Shown here: positions 1 to 9,079 of the stretch, piece after piece
Layout: each line of letters begins with the position of its first letter
How positions within the stretch are numbered: position 1 is the stretch's first letter
From: an uncultured Rhodobiaceae bacterium
Lineage (GTDB): Bacteria; Pseudomonadota; Alphaproteobacteria; Rhizobiales; TMED25
DNA length: 64,000 bases
Direction: 5' to 3'
Assembly (NCBI GenBank): GCA_913030915.1
Contig: CAJWEW010000004.1
Location: 22,313 to 86,312, forward strand
The notes under the pieces: generated by a model
Databases searched by the model: none
The model's input: only the letters and a program-made list of their open reading frames with translations
What the model was told of the DNA's origin: nothing
Program-made: the position numbers and the translations under genes

Positions 1-98
1 GTATCAGTATTTGTCATTGATTGGATGACAATCGGCTCACTTCCGCCAACAGCTACATTGCCTATTTTTACAACTATTGAATTTCTGTCCTTTGGCAT
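1..98 (-). CDS. ispG: 4-hydroxy-3-methylbut-2-enyl diphosphate synthase IspG, N-terminal fragment (gene runs off the left edge)
   Basis: Reverse-complement translation from the ATG at 98 gives [33 protein letters not shown]. The V.IGG..PI.(V/I)QSMTNT block is the conserved IspG/GcpE N-terminus. It is too short to appear in the ORF track. Confidence 0.7.
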   Translation of the reverse strand, partial: [32 protein letters not shown]

Positions 99-189
99 CA
101 CTTTCAGGCCCTATTTTATGTATAGAATATTTATATATGAATTAATTAATAAAAAAAATAACCAATTTATAAATTGATATGTGGTTTTT

Positions 190-335
190 TTTAAATATTC
201 TTATAGAATATAAAAGTTGGTATTACAAAAAGTAATTATTACTCTGGAGACTGACCCAAACCGGGAGTTAAATAGAGACCTTAATAATATTAATCTCTCC
301 CTATTTGCTCTTAAAATATTTATTGAAGGTGTAAG
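190..335 (+). promoter_or_regulatory. Candidate structured 5' leader of the cob operon (possible degenerate cobalamin-riboswitch remnant, unproven)
   Basis: A 236-nt non-coding gap precedes cbiX. CTGGAGACTGACC at 244-256 resembles the B12-box core (..GGAGACCTGCC..) and the CUGGAGCUGAC core of the E. coli btuB leader. An ACTCTGG/CCGGGAGT pairing flanks it. A hairpin AGAGA-CC-TTAATA-A-TATTAA-TCTCT lies at 274-298. The RBS GAAGGTG is 4 nt before the ATG. I did not see the canonical GCCACTG element. Confidence 0.25.
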
Positions 336-1358
336 ATGTTACCTGAACCAAAGAGACAAAAAATAGCTAGCTATTTCAATGTGGGTAAGCCTAAGCGGGG
401 TATTATGCTTTGCGGCCATGGAAGTCGCAGTGAGTCTGCTGTTGCTGAATTTGCGAATTTAGTTTTTAGATTGAAAACATTGCTACCAAATATACCAATA
501 GAGTTTGGTTATTTGGAATTTGCAAAGCCTATAATAAGCGATGGATTAGATAAACTAAGAGAGGCTGGAGTTACCGAAATAGTTGCATTACCAGCAATGT
601 TGTTTGCTGCCGGTCATGCTAAAAATGACATACCATCTGTGCTGAATACATACAACCATAAATACAAAAATCTCAAGATTACATACAGTAGGGAACTGGG
701 TATAGATAATCTGATGATCAAGGCTGCATCCGAAAGGATAATTGAGTCTATTGATAATGCGAAATCTGAGATTGATAAACATGACTCAATGCTTCTGGTC
801 GTTGGTAGGGGTGCGTCTGATCCGGATGCAAACTCAAATATATCAAAGATTACACGATTACTATGGGAAGGTATCGGTTTTGGTTGGGCTGAAACAGCTT
901 ACTCAGGTGTTACTTTTCCACTTGTATCACCTGCTCTTGAGAAGATTGTACAGGTTGGATATAAAAGAATTATTGTCTTCCCCTATTTTTTATTTACTGG
1001 GATCCTTGTTGATAGAATTTATAAATCCGTAGATATTGTAAGTAATGTTCATAGCAACATAGAGTTTATAAAAGCGCCCTATCTTAATGATCATCCAAAA
1101 GTGATAGAGACTTTTTGTGATAGAGTTATTGATGTAATTGATGGCGACATAAATATGAATTGTCAACTTTGCAAGTATAGAGAACAAGTTTTAGGCTTTG
1201 AGGACGAGGTTGGACTGGCTCAAGAGAGCCATCACCATCATGTTGAAGGGGGTAGTCACTCCCATGATCACTCCCATGACCACTGCCATGACCACTCTCA
1301 TCATCATCCCTACCCGCATGCTGACCATCCTCTTGGTCCTGTAACCCTTAAAAAATAG
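336..1358 (+). CDS. cbiX: Sirohydrochlorin cobaltochelatase, long form (CbiX-L) with a C-terminal MxCxxC motif and His-rich tail
   Basis: The 340-aa ORF has two CbiX-type halves (LCGHGSR.. and LVVGRGASDPDAN..), MNCQLC (MxCxxC), and the tail HHHHVEGGSHSHDHSHDHCHDHSHHHPYPHADHP. It is the first gene of the cob cluster. Confidence 0.85.
   Translation: MLPEPKRQKIASYFNVGKPKRGIMLCGHGSRSESAVAEFANLVFRLKTLLPNIPIEFGYLEFAKPIISDGLDKLREAGVTEIVALPAMLFAAGHAKNDIPSVLNTYNHKYKNLKITYSRELGIDNLMIKAASERIIESIDNAKSEIDKHDSMLLVVGRGASDPDANSNISKITRLLWEGIGFGWAETAYSGVTFPLVSPALEKIVQVGYKRIIVFPYFLFTGILVDRIYKSVDIVSNVHSNIEFIKAPYLNDHPKVIETFCDRVIDVIDGDINMNCQLCKYREQVLGFEDEVGLAQESHHHHVEGGSHSHDHSHDHCHDHSHHHPYPHADHPLGPVTLKK
1257..1304 (+). 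repeat. 12-nt in-frame codon repeat x4 (CAC-TSC-CAT-GAY) encoding the HSHD/HCHD part of the CbiX His-rich tail
   Basis: Read directly: cactcccatgat / cactcccatgac / cactgccatgac / cactctcatcat. Confidence 0.8.
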
Positions 1359-1364
1359 AAAATC

Positions 1365-2000
1365 ATGCAACAATATATAAGAGAGCCTACCGAAATATAT
1401 AAAAAGTCGTTTGATACAATAACATCTGAAGTTGATCTAACAGGCTATAATGATCACGAAAAAAAAATAGTGACAAGAATAATACATTCTTGTGGTGATG
1501 TATCAATCGAAGGGGACATCTTTATTTCTGAGAATGCGATAAAAAGTGGAATTAGTGGCCTGAAATTGGGCGAAAGAATCTACGTTGACAGTAAGATGGT
1601 TGCAGCTGGAATAATTGAGAAAAATCTAAAACTGAGCAAAATTTACTGTCACATTGGTGATAAAGACGTCGATTATATAGCAAAAAAATTTAATACAACA
1701 AGGTCAGCTGCTGCGGTCGAGCACTGGAAAGAGGGGATGTCTAACTCCATCCTTGTTGTTGGTAATGCTCCTACCGCATTGTTCAGAGTATTAGAAATAA
1801 TCAATGAAAATAATATAAAGCCAAGACTCGTCATCGGAATGCCTTTGGGCTTCGTTGGTGCGGTTGAAGCGAAAGAGGAGCTTATAAATTTTTATCAATC
1901 AACCGGGTTAAATATCATAACTATCCGCGGGAGAAGGGGTGGAAGTGCCATGGCTTCAGCAACAATTAATGCAATAAGTTTACTGATTAATGACAAATAG
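1365..2000 (+). CDS. cobH: Precorrin-8X (cobalt-precorrin-8) methylmutase
   Basis: The 211-aa ORF carries IIHSCGD, VVGNAPTALF, GMPLGFVGAVEAK and RGRRGGSAMASA, which align along the whole length with my memory of CobH/CbiC. Confidence 0.9.
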   Translation: MQQYIREPTEIYKKSFDTITSEVDLTGYNDHEKKIVTRIIHSCGDVSIEGDIFISENAIKSGISGLKLGERIYVDSKMVAAGIIEKNLKLSKIYCHIGDKDVDYIAKKFNTTRSAAAVEHWKEGMSNSILVVGNAPTALFRVLEIINENNIKPRLVIGMPLGFVGAVEAKEELINFYQSTGLNIITIRGRRGGSAMASATINAISLLINDK

Positions 2001-3216
2001 AAAAATACAATTAATCGGTTTGGGCGCTGGAGGCATTGAGTCATTACCGACCGGTCACAAAGAATTAATTCTATCTGCAGATATAATATTTGGAGCTGAA
2101 AGACATCTAGAAGATATTCCCAAAAATATCTCAAAAAAATCATGGTCAAAAAATATTAGAAATGATCTCAAGAAAATAAAAAAAATAAAGAATAAAAAAA
2201 TATGTATTCTAGCAACAGGTGACCCACTTTTTTATGGCGTTGGGAATCTAGTTATGGAATTTTTTTCAACTGATGAAGTGGATATATTACCAAGCCCTTC
2301 GATATTGTCATTATGTTGCGCAAAAATTGGACAAAATATTAAAGATGTCGATGTAGTTTCTCTTCATGGAAGAGATTTCAACTCGATAATTAGGTATTTA
2401 CAACCTAATGGTAAGTTATTTGTTTTATCTCATGATAAGAATACTCCTATTAAAATCATTAAGTTATTAAAAGATTTCAACTTCGAGAGGAGTTTAATTT
2501 ATATTTTTGAGAATGTTGGCAGGGATGATGAGAAAATTACAAAAAAAATTATCAAAGATTGTCATAATTTTAATTTTACTAATCTAAATTCAATTTTTAT
2601 TGATTTTCGTACTTCAAAAGATACGAATTTTTATCCAAATTCAATCGGGTTGTCTGACTTATTATATAAAAATGATGGGCAAATCACAAAAAGTGAGATT
2701 AGAGCGATAACAATTTCAAAGTTGGAGCCATTAAATCGTTCTGTTATATGGGATATTGGCGGTGGTTCTGGATCTATATCCATTGAGTGGTCAAAGATAA
2801 CCAATGATGCAAAAATATATACAATTGAACAAAATAAGAGAAGAATTGGTTATATAAGAGAAAATATAAAAAGATTTGGTATCCAGAATATAACATTATT
2901 ACACGAATCAGCGCCAGATATATTAGAAATGTTGGAAAAGCCAGATAGGATCTTTATTGGGGGAGGTCTCTCCTCAGATAAGGGGGATAAGATTATAAAT
3001 AAATCCTTAGAATGCTTGACAAAGACGGGAATAATTGTTGCAAATGGCGTAACTGCGGAAACTGAAAATCTTTTGATTGGTATGTACAAGGTGTTTGGTG
3101 GAGAATTATCAAAATATTCAGTCTCTAACCTAAAAAAAATTGGTAAATTACATGCATGGGATCAACAAATGCATGTCACACAATGGAAATATATGAAAGG
3201 ACCAAATGCTCGGTAA
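1990..3216 (+). CDS. cobL: Precorrin-6Y C5,15-methyltransferase (decarboxylating), CbiE+CbiT fusion
   Basis: The 408-aa ORF has an N-terminal tetrapyrrole methylase domain (ILATGDPLFYG) and a C-terminal class-I SAM methyltransferase domain (IWDIGGGSGSISIEW). It overlaps the cobH stop. Confidence 0.9.
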   Translation: MTNRKIQLIGLGAGGIESLPTGHKELILSADIIFGAERHLEDIPKNISKKSWSKNIRNDLKKIKKIKNKKICILATGDPLFYGVGNLVMEFFSTDEVDILPSPSILSLCCAKIGQNIKDVDVVSLHGRDFNSIIRYLQPNGKLFVLSHDKNTPIKIIKLLKDFNFERSLIYIFENVGRDDEKITKKIIKDCHNFNFTNLNSIFIDFRTSKDTNFYPNSIGLSDLLYKNDGQITKSEIRAITISKLEPLNRSVIWDIGGGSGSISIEWSKITNDAKIYTIEQNKRRIGYIRENIKRFGIQNITLLHESAPDILEMLEKPDRIFIGGGLSSDKGDKIINKSLECLTKTGIIVANGVTAETENLLIGMYKVFGGELSKYSVSNLKKIGKLHAWDQQMHVTQWKYMKGPNAR

Positions 3217-3901
3217 GGCTTATGGCATTGGAGTTGGTCCAGGGGACCCAAAATTATTAACTGTAAAAGCACTTGAAGTCCTTGAGCAGCTAAGAATCGT
3301 TTTTTATCCATCCTTTGGTAAAAAGAGTATTGCTCTGGATATTGTGCGTTCACATATAAACCCAGACGCAAAATTGATCGAAATGAATATTCCTCTATCC
3401 CCTAATGAGGCAAAGGTCGTTGCATATCAAAACTTTGCAAACCAAATAAAAGAGTATTTAAATAATCAAGTCGATGTCGGGGTATTATGTGAAGGGGATC
3501 CTCTATTTTTTGGTTCATTCATTACAATCCGAGACTTATTGAAGGAAAGTTACCAAGTAAATGTAGTCTCAGGAATTTCTTCCATAATGTCTGCATTCGT
3601 CCACGTGGATGATTTCATGGGGCAAGGCGATGATTCAATTAGTATAATTACAGCAGGGACGGATGAGTCACTTATAAAAGATAAAATTTCCACTTCAAAT
3701 ACAACAATAATAATAAAGGTTGCCAAGCATTTTAAAAAAATAAAAAAAATAGCCACAGATTTAGGTTTACTAGAGACTTCTGTGTATATAAGTCAGATCG
3801 ACCAAGCACGCCAATATTCTGATCGTTTAGATATGATTTCTGATGAAGTGATTGAATACTTCTCAATAATCATAATTAAAAATCATAATTTAAAATCATG
3901 A
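3206..3901 (+). CDS. cobI: Precorrin-2 (cobalt-factor II) C20-methyltransferase
   Basis: The 231-aa ORF carries YGIGVGPGDPKLLTVKA and CEGDPLFFGS tetrapyrrole-methylase motifs. Its position between cobL and cobJ fits. Confidence 0.85.
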   Translation: MLGKAYGIGVGPGDPKLLTVKALEVLEQLRIVFYPSFGKKSIALDIVRSHINPDAKLIEMNIPLSPNEAKVVAYQNFANQIKEYLNNQVDVGVLCEGDPLFFGSFITIRDLLKESYQVNVVSGISSIMSAFVHVDDFMGQGDDSISIITAGTDESLIKDKISTSNTTIIIKVAKHFKKIKKIATDLGLLETSVYISQIDQARQYSDRLDMISDEVIEYFSIIIIKNHNLKS

Positions 3902-5700
3902 AAAATCCAAAGACAGCTATAATTATTGTATCGAGACTCAACTTGGATCTGGCTGAGCTTGTTTTTAAAAAAATTGAAAATTGCCAAATTCATGCTTTGA
4001 AGATTATTGATACAAAGGTAGATGTCACATTTAAAAACCTAGCAAAACACATCCAGTTACTTCAAAAAGAAAAAACTAATATAATAGCGATTTGTTCAAT
4101 ACCAATTATTATAAGATCATTGGAAGCTAAGCTTCCAAAAAAACATAGTGGATCTTGTATAGTTGCATTATCCCCAGATGGTAAATATACAATACCATTA
4201 TTAGACACTCATTCTGGGGCTAATGAATTGGCCACTAGACTTGCAACAATTTTAAATTCTGAGCCAGTCATTACAACACAAAGTGACACTTTTCTGGGAG
4301 TTTCTCCTGATAACCCACCACCCGGATTTTTACTGGATCCCGATTGTAATTACAAAGAATTCATATCGGAGTTGCTAGATAAGCGTTCATTAAAAAATGT
4401 GCCTGCATATAGGTGGCTTAAAAGCAACAAGATCAGAGTTTCCAGTTCGTCGAAACTTGATATCAAATTTTCGATTAATTCATCGATAAAGCCAAATAAA
4501 GAATTGCTTGTTTACCGACCTCAAAAACTTATCATTGGGATTGGAACTGTCTCAGGCGCATCATTTAACAAATTGAAAAAACTTGTTTCAGAAACTCTTG
4601 AAAAAAAAGATTTATCAATGCACTCGGTTAAAGCGATTGCAACTATAGATTTAAAGAGAAATGAGCGTGCAATCAATAAACTGGGTCAATATTTGAATAA
4701 GCCAATTATTCATTATAAAGCAAGTGAGCTAAACAAGATAAGCTCTCAGTTAGCAAATTCTTCCGAGTATGTTTTTAGGACCGTAGGTTCTCATAGTGTT
4801 GCTGAGGCTGCCGCACTAGTAGCAGCTGGCAAGTCATCCAAGTTGATGGTAGAAAAAAATAAATCAGCTGAGGCTACTTGTGCAGTTGCATGCAGTCGCC
4901 AGGTTATAAAAAACCTTCCAAGTGCAAAAAATGGGATGCTTTCGATTATTGGTCTTGGGCCAGGAAGAGATACTTGGAGGACGATCGAGGTTAATAATAT
5001 TCTTGATGAGTCAACTCATTATGTAGGTTTTTCAGGTTACCTTGATCAAATCAAGAAAAGAAGAAATAAAAAGTTTTATCGTTATCCAATTGGACAGGAA
5101 GAGGAGCGGGCGTTAAAGGCTATTTCCCTTGCAAAGCAAGGAAATAATGTGGCCTTAGTGTGTTCAGGGGACCCCGGCATATTTGCTATGGGATCCATTG
5201 TATATGAAATTTTGGATAATGAAGGAGGTATAAGCGATATAGATATCAAAATGACGCCAGGTATATCAGCATTTCAAGCTGCATCAGCAAAGGTCGGGGC
5301 ACCATTTGGAAATGATTTTTGTATAATATCATTATCAAATTTATTAACTCCAGAAAACGTCATATTAGACAGGCTCCATGCGGCTCTTAAAGGAGATTTT
5401 GTTTTGGGCATATACAACCCAACATCCATCAAAAGAAAGTATTTTTTTAAAATTGTACTAGATCATATTCAATCTGTCAGATCATCTGATACACCTGTTG
5501 TAATTGCAAGAAATGTTGGAAGAAAAAAAGAATTTATTCAATGTTTAAAACTTCATGAAATTAAGACTGATAGTATCGATATGTTCACAGTATTAATCAT
5601 TGGTTCATCGCAAACAAAGAGCTTCACGAAACAAAAAGACTCAACCAACGTGTACACACCAAGAGGTTATAAATTAGAAAAAAATAGGGGTATTGCATGA
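3898..5700 (+). CDS. cobJ: Fusion protein: CbiG (cobalt-precorrin-5A hydrolase-like) N-terminal part + precorrin-3B C17-methyltransferase CobJ/CbiH C-terminal part
   Basis: The 600-aa ORF has two parts. Residues ~1-330 have the CbiG signatures LLDTHSGANELATRLATILNSEPVITTQSD and GIGTVSGAS...IATIDLKRNE. Residues ~345-600 are a tetrapyrrole methylase (LSIIGLGPGRD, CSGDPGIFAMGS). An ATGA overlap joins it to cobI. Confidence 0.85.
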   Translation: MKNPKTAIIIVSRLNLDLAELVFKKIENCQIHALKIIDTKVDVTFKNLAKHIQLLQKEKTNIIAICSIPIIIRSLEAKLPKKHSGSCIVALSPDGKYTIPLLDTHSGANELATRLATILNSEPVITTQSDTFLGVSPDNPPPGFLLDPDCNYKEFISELLDKRSLKNVPAYRWLKSNKIRVSSSSKLDIKFSINSSIKPNKELLVYRPQKLIIGIGTVSGASFNKLKKLVSETLEKKDLSMHSVKAIATIDLKRNERAINKLGQYLNKPIIHYKASELNKISSQLANSSEYVFRTVGSHSVAEAAALVAAGKSSKLMVEKNKSAEATCAVACSRQVIKNLPSAKNGMLSIIGLGPGRDTWRTIEVNNILDESTHYVGFSGYLDQIKKRRNKKFYRYPIGQEEERALKAISLAKQGNNVALVCSGDPGIFAMGSIVYEILDNEGGISDIDIKMTPGISAFQAASAKVGAPFGNDFCIISLSNLLTPENVILDRLHAALKGDFVLGIYNPTSIKRKYFFKIVLDHIQSVRSSDTPVVIARNVGRKKEFIQCLKLHEIKTDSIDMFTVLIIGSSQTKSFTKQKDSTNVYTPRGYKLEKNRGIA

Positions 5701-6452
5701 TGATTTTTTTTATTGGTGCAGGTCCGGGGGACCCTGATCTACTTACACTAAAGGCACATAAAATACTCAGTAAAACCAAAATGTGTTTATATGCAGGTTC
5801 TCTTGTACCGAAGGAAATATTGTCAATTGTACCAAAGGAAGCGAAGTTAATTGATACATCAGATCTAACCATGAAACAGATCGAACAATTATATATCAGA
5901 GCAAAAGAATTAAAGGTGGATGTTGCGCGGGTTCATTCAGGCGATGTGAGCGTTTATGGAGCTTTATCAGAGCAAATAGCTCTTCTTCAGAAACACAATA
6001 TAGATTTCCAAATAGTCCCTGGTATCCCCGCTTATGTAGAGGCGGCAGCACAGTTGAAAACTGAACTGACTGCGCCAGGTCAAGTTCAAAGTGTAATACT
6101 GACAAGAACTTCATTTGGTTCAACACCGATGCCAGAGGGTGAAGATCTGAAAACCTTTGCTAAAACAGGTGCGACTTTAGTTATTCACCTATCGATAAGG
6201 AGGTTAAATTATATTTATCGTGAACTCACTTCAATTCTAGGGGACGATGCACTTGTTGCAGTACTTTATAGGATCGGTTGGCCAGATCAACAGATTATAT
6301 TAGATCGATTGGATAATATCGCTTCAAGGGTTCGAGAAAAAAAAATAACTAGAACTGCACTCATAATTACTGGAAAGAATTTTAAAAAGAAATCAGATAT
6401 GAATAGTGTACTTTATGATGAAAATTTTAATCACTTATTTAGACCAAAATGA
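5697..6452 (+). CDS. cobM: Precorrin-4 (cobalt-precorrin-4) C11-methyltransferase
   Basis: The 251-aa ORF carries FFIGAGPGDPDLLTLKA and HSGDVSVYGA. An ATGA overlap joins it to the upstream gene. Confidence 0.9.
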   Translation: MMIFFIGAGPGDPDLLTLKAHKILSKTKMCLYAGSLVPKEILSIVPKEAKLIDTSDLTMKQIEQLYIRAKELKVDVARVHSGDVSVYGALSEQIALLQKHNIDFQIVPGIPAYVEAAAQLKTELTAPGQVQSVILTRTSFGSTPMPEGEDLKTFAKTGATLVIHLSIRRLNYIYRELTSILGDDALVAVLYRIGWPDQQIILDRLDNIASRVREKKITRTALIITGKNFKKKSDMNSVLYDENFNHLFRPK

Positions 6453-7177
6453 ACAAGCAAGTTAGCCTTAATAGCATCTATTGAAGAACTCTCTTTTGCC
6501 GTATCATCATTTTCCCTACCTATCATTATGACGGGTATATTTAGTATTCTACAGGCGTAGATTTTTGCGTATGTTTCTGTACTGCCACTATTACGTGTCA
6601 CAAGATGAGTTATTTTATTATTCCGCATGTATATAAGCTCACTTGATACACAAAATGGACCTCGACCTACTATATACTTCTTTCCTTTACTAATAAATTT
6701 TTGATATTTATCTATGGTTCTGATCATCATCCAATTATGAGATTTTTCAAATATTTCTAAATTTTTTTTGCCGATTGTTAAGAAAATACGTGAATTCCTT
6801 GGAAGGTTATTAGCTATAAGACTTGCTTCAGCAAAACTCGAAGCCTCAAACCAGGAGTCTGATGGGCCTCTTTTCCAAGCTGGTCTATGCAATTGGTGAA
6901 GTTTTATATTTAAATCTTTTGTAGCAGCTAAAACATTGTATGATATTTGTCTTGAGTATGGATGGGATGCATCAACAACTGCATCTATAAGTTCATTTGA
7001 TAGATAATCTTTCAATCCTTTTATGCCACCGAAACCACCGATCCTACTTGAATAATTACCTAATCTTGGTTTCTCTGTGTTGCCCTGAAGTGAGAGTATT
7101 GTAATAAAATGATTTGATAGAGAGTCTGCCAACCTATTACTCTCGGAAGTACCACCTATGATTAGTATCTTACGCAT
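6431..7177 (-). CDS. cobK: Precorrin-6A (cobalt-precorrin-6A) reductase
   Basis: The 248-aa ORF has an ILIIGGTSES N-terminus and the DASHPY motif typical of CobK/CbiJ. It lies in the cob cluster and its 3' end overlaps the 3' end of cobM by 22 nt. Confidence 0.8.
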   Translation of the reverse strand: MRKILIIGGTSESNRLADSLSNHFITILSLQGNTEKPRLGNYSSRIGGFGGIKGLKDYLSNELIDAVVDASHPYSRQISYNVLAATKDLNIKLHQLHRPAWKRGPSDSWFEASSFAEASLIANNLPRNSRIFLTIGKKNLEIFEKSHNWMMIRTIDKYQKFISKGKKYIVGRGPFCVSSELIYMRNNKITHLVTRNSGSTETYAKIYACRILNIPVIMIGRENDDTAKESSSIDAIKANLLVHFGLNK

Positions 7178-8255
7178 CTCTGCTCTCGATCTTCGCTAAA
7201 ATTTCACCCGTTCTATCGACAATCATAATATCAATTGAGACATCATCTTTTTTGAGGTACTTAACTACCACATCCTGTGCAGCAACCGCGACATTTTTTG
7301 CGAGATCATATTTTTTTGGACCAAGCATAGACAAACACTGGTTAGCTGTATTAATTTTTCTAAGTTCAATAGGACTAGAATTATTTGGGTCTAATTTTTT
7401 GATCTCGGATCTAAGTTTTTCTAAATTTACTTGACTTCTACTTGAATGTAAGTCCATTTCACCTTGTGATAATTTTAATAACTTTGCAAAGCCTCCAGCA
7501 ATTGTAACTCTTGGCACAGTATTCTTTTTTAGATATTTTAACATGCCGCCGACAAAATCACCCATATCAATCATAGATTGGGCGGGTAAGTTATATTCTT
7601 TTTTCGCTATTCTTTCAGACACTGAGCCTGTACATGCTGCAATATGTATTGTATTTGTTTTGATTGCGACATCAATGCCGCGATGAATTGAATGGATCCA
7701 AGCAGAGCAGGAAAATGGAATTACAATACCGGTTGTACCTAATATTGAAATACCATTAATAATTCCAAGTCTCTCGTTCCATGTTTTTTTTGAAATCTCT
7801 TTGCCCTCTGGCACCTCAATAATAATATCTATATTGAGATTATTCTTGGCAATGGATAATTTCTTCAGATTATCCTCAATCATCTTCCTAGGTCCAGGAT
7901 TTATTGCTGGTTCTCCAACGTCTAGGGGCAATCCTGGGAGTGTTACGGTTCCGACACCATTACCGGCTTTAAAATTAATACCGTTCTGATCATTCCTTTT
8001 GACTATTTTCGAAATAATGAGTAAGCCATCGGTAACATCGGGATCGTCCCCAGCATCCTTTATCACTCCAGCACTCACTGATTGCTGAGTTACATCTTGA
8101 TATGCTATATTAAATTTAGGGGATTGGCCATTGGGCAATTTAATAGTAACTACATCGGGGCATTTACCTGTCACAAGCCCTATAAAAGCCGCTTTTGAAG
8201 CAGCTGTTGCACACGCGCCTGTTGTCCATCCTCTACGTAGATTTTTTTGTAACAT
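7170..8255 (-). CDS. cbiD: Cobalt-precorrin-5B C1-methyltransferase
   Basis: The 361-aa ORF has an N-terminal LRRGWTTGACATAASKAA and a GILGTTGIV motif, both characteristic of CbiD. Confidence 0.9.
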   Translation of the reverse strand: MLQKNLRRGWTTGACATAASKAAFIGLVTGKCPDVVTIKLPNGQSPKFNIAYQDVTQQSVSAGVIKDAGDDPDVTDGLLIISKIVKRNDQNGINFKAGNGVGTVTLPGLPLDVGEPAINPGPRKMIEDNLKKLSIAKNNLNIDIIIEVPEGKEISKKTWNERLGIINGISILGTTGIVIPFSCSAWIHSIHRGIDVAIKTNTIHIAACTGSVSERIAKKEYNLPAQSMIDMGDFVGGMLKYLKKNTVPRVTIAGGFAKLLKLSQGEMDLHSSRSQVNLEKLRSEIKKLDPNNSSPIELRKINTANQCLSMLGPKKYDLAKNVAVAAQDVVVKYLKKDDVSIDIMIVDRTGEILAKIESRDA

Positions 8256-8284
8256 AAAGATAATAATAATTTCAATTTTTTTAA

Positions 8285-9079
8285 ATGCAAATATTCGATA
8301 AATTAAAATTGCCAGAATTCAATAGCGGAGAGGTCTGGCTTGTTGGCGCGGGTCCCGGAGACGTAAAATTATTAACAATATTTGCGGTCTATGCACTATC
8401 AAAAGCAGATGTTATTATATACGACGCACTGGTTTCTGAAGAAATTTTAAAATTTGCAAAAGAGGATGCGACTTTAATTTATGCAGGAAAGAGAGGGGGC
8501 AAACCATCCCATAATCAAACTGATATTTCGAAACTTATAATTCAGCACGCCAAAGATGATCAAAGGGTACTAAGATTGAAGGGGGGAGATCCATTTGTCT
8601 TTGCGAGAGGTGCTGAAGAGTCTTTTACGTTAAATGAAAATAATATTTCATACCGTGTCATTCCCGGTATTACATCATCTATCGGAGGAATGGCATCAGC
8701 TTCAATTCCAGCGACATCAAGAAATACAAACTCTTCTATCTTATTTTTAACAGGTCATAATACAAATGGTGAGATGCCAGATGATATTAATTGGCAGGCT
8801 GTTGCAAAGATTCCTGTTGTTGTCATGTACATGGCAATAAAACACTTGCCTATAATTGCCCAAAGACTCATAAAGGAAGGTAGGTCATCTCAAGACCCTA
8901 TCGCAGTAATACAAGATGCAACGCTACCATCCGAACGAATCCTTGAGTCAAACTTGATTAATATAAATAGTGATATTGAAAAAAATCAAATTAAGGCGCC
9001 TGCAATTGTTGTTCTTGGTCCCGTCGTTGGATTAAGATCAAAATTAATTCAAAATGTTATAAAAGATGCAATCAACTAA
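8285..9079 (+). CDS. cobA: Uroporphyrinogen-III C-methyltransferase (SUMT only, no dehydrogenase/chelatase domain)
   Basis: The 264-aa ORF carries VWLVGAGPGDVKLLT and LKGGDPFVFARG. Its length fits a stand-alone SUMT. Confidence 0.9.
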   Translation: MQIFDKLKLPEFNSGEVWLVGAGPGDVKLLTIFAVYALSKADVIIYDALVSEEILKFAKEDATLIYAGKRGGKPSHNQTDISKLIIQHAKDDQRVLRLKGGDPFVFARGAEESFTLNENNISYRVIPGITSSIGGMASASIPATSRNTNSSILFLTGHNTNGEMPDDINWQAVAKIPVVVMYMAIKHLPIIAQRLIKEGRSSQDPIAVIQDATLPSERILESNLININSDIEKNQIKAPAIVVLGPVVGLRSKLIQNVIKDAIN

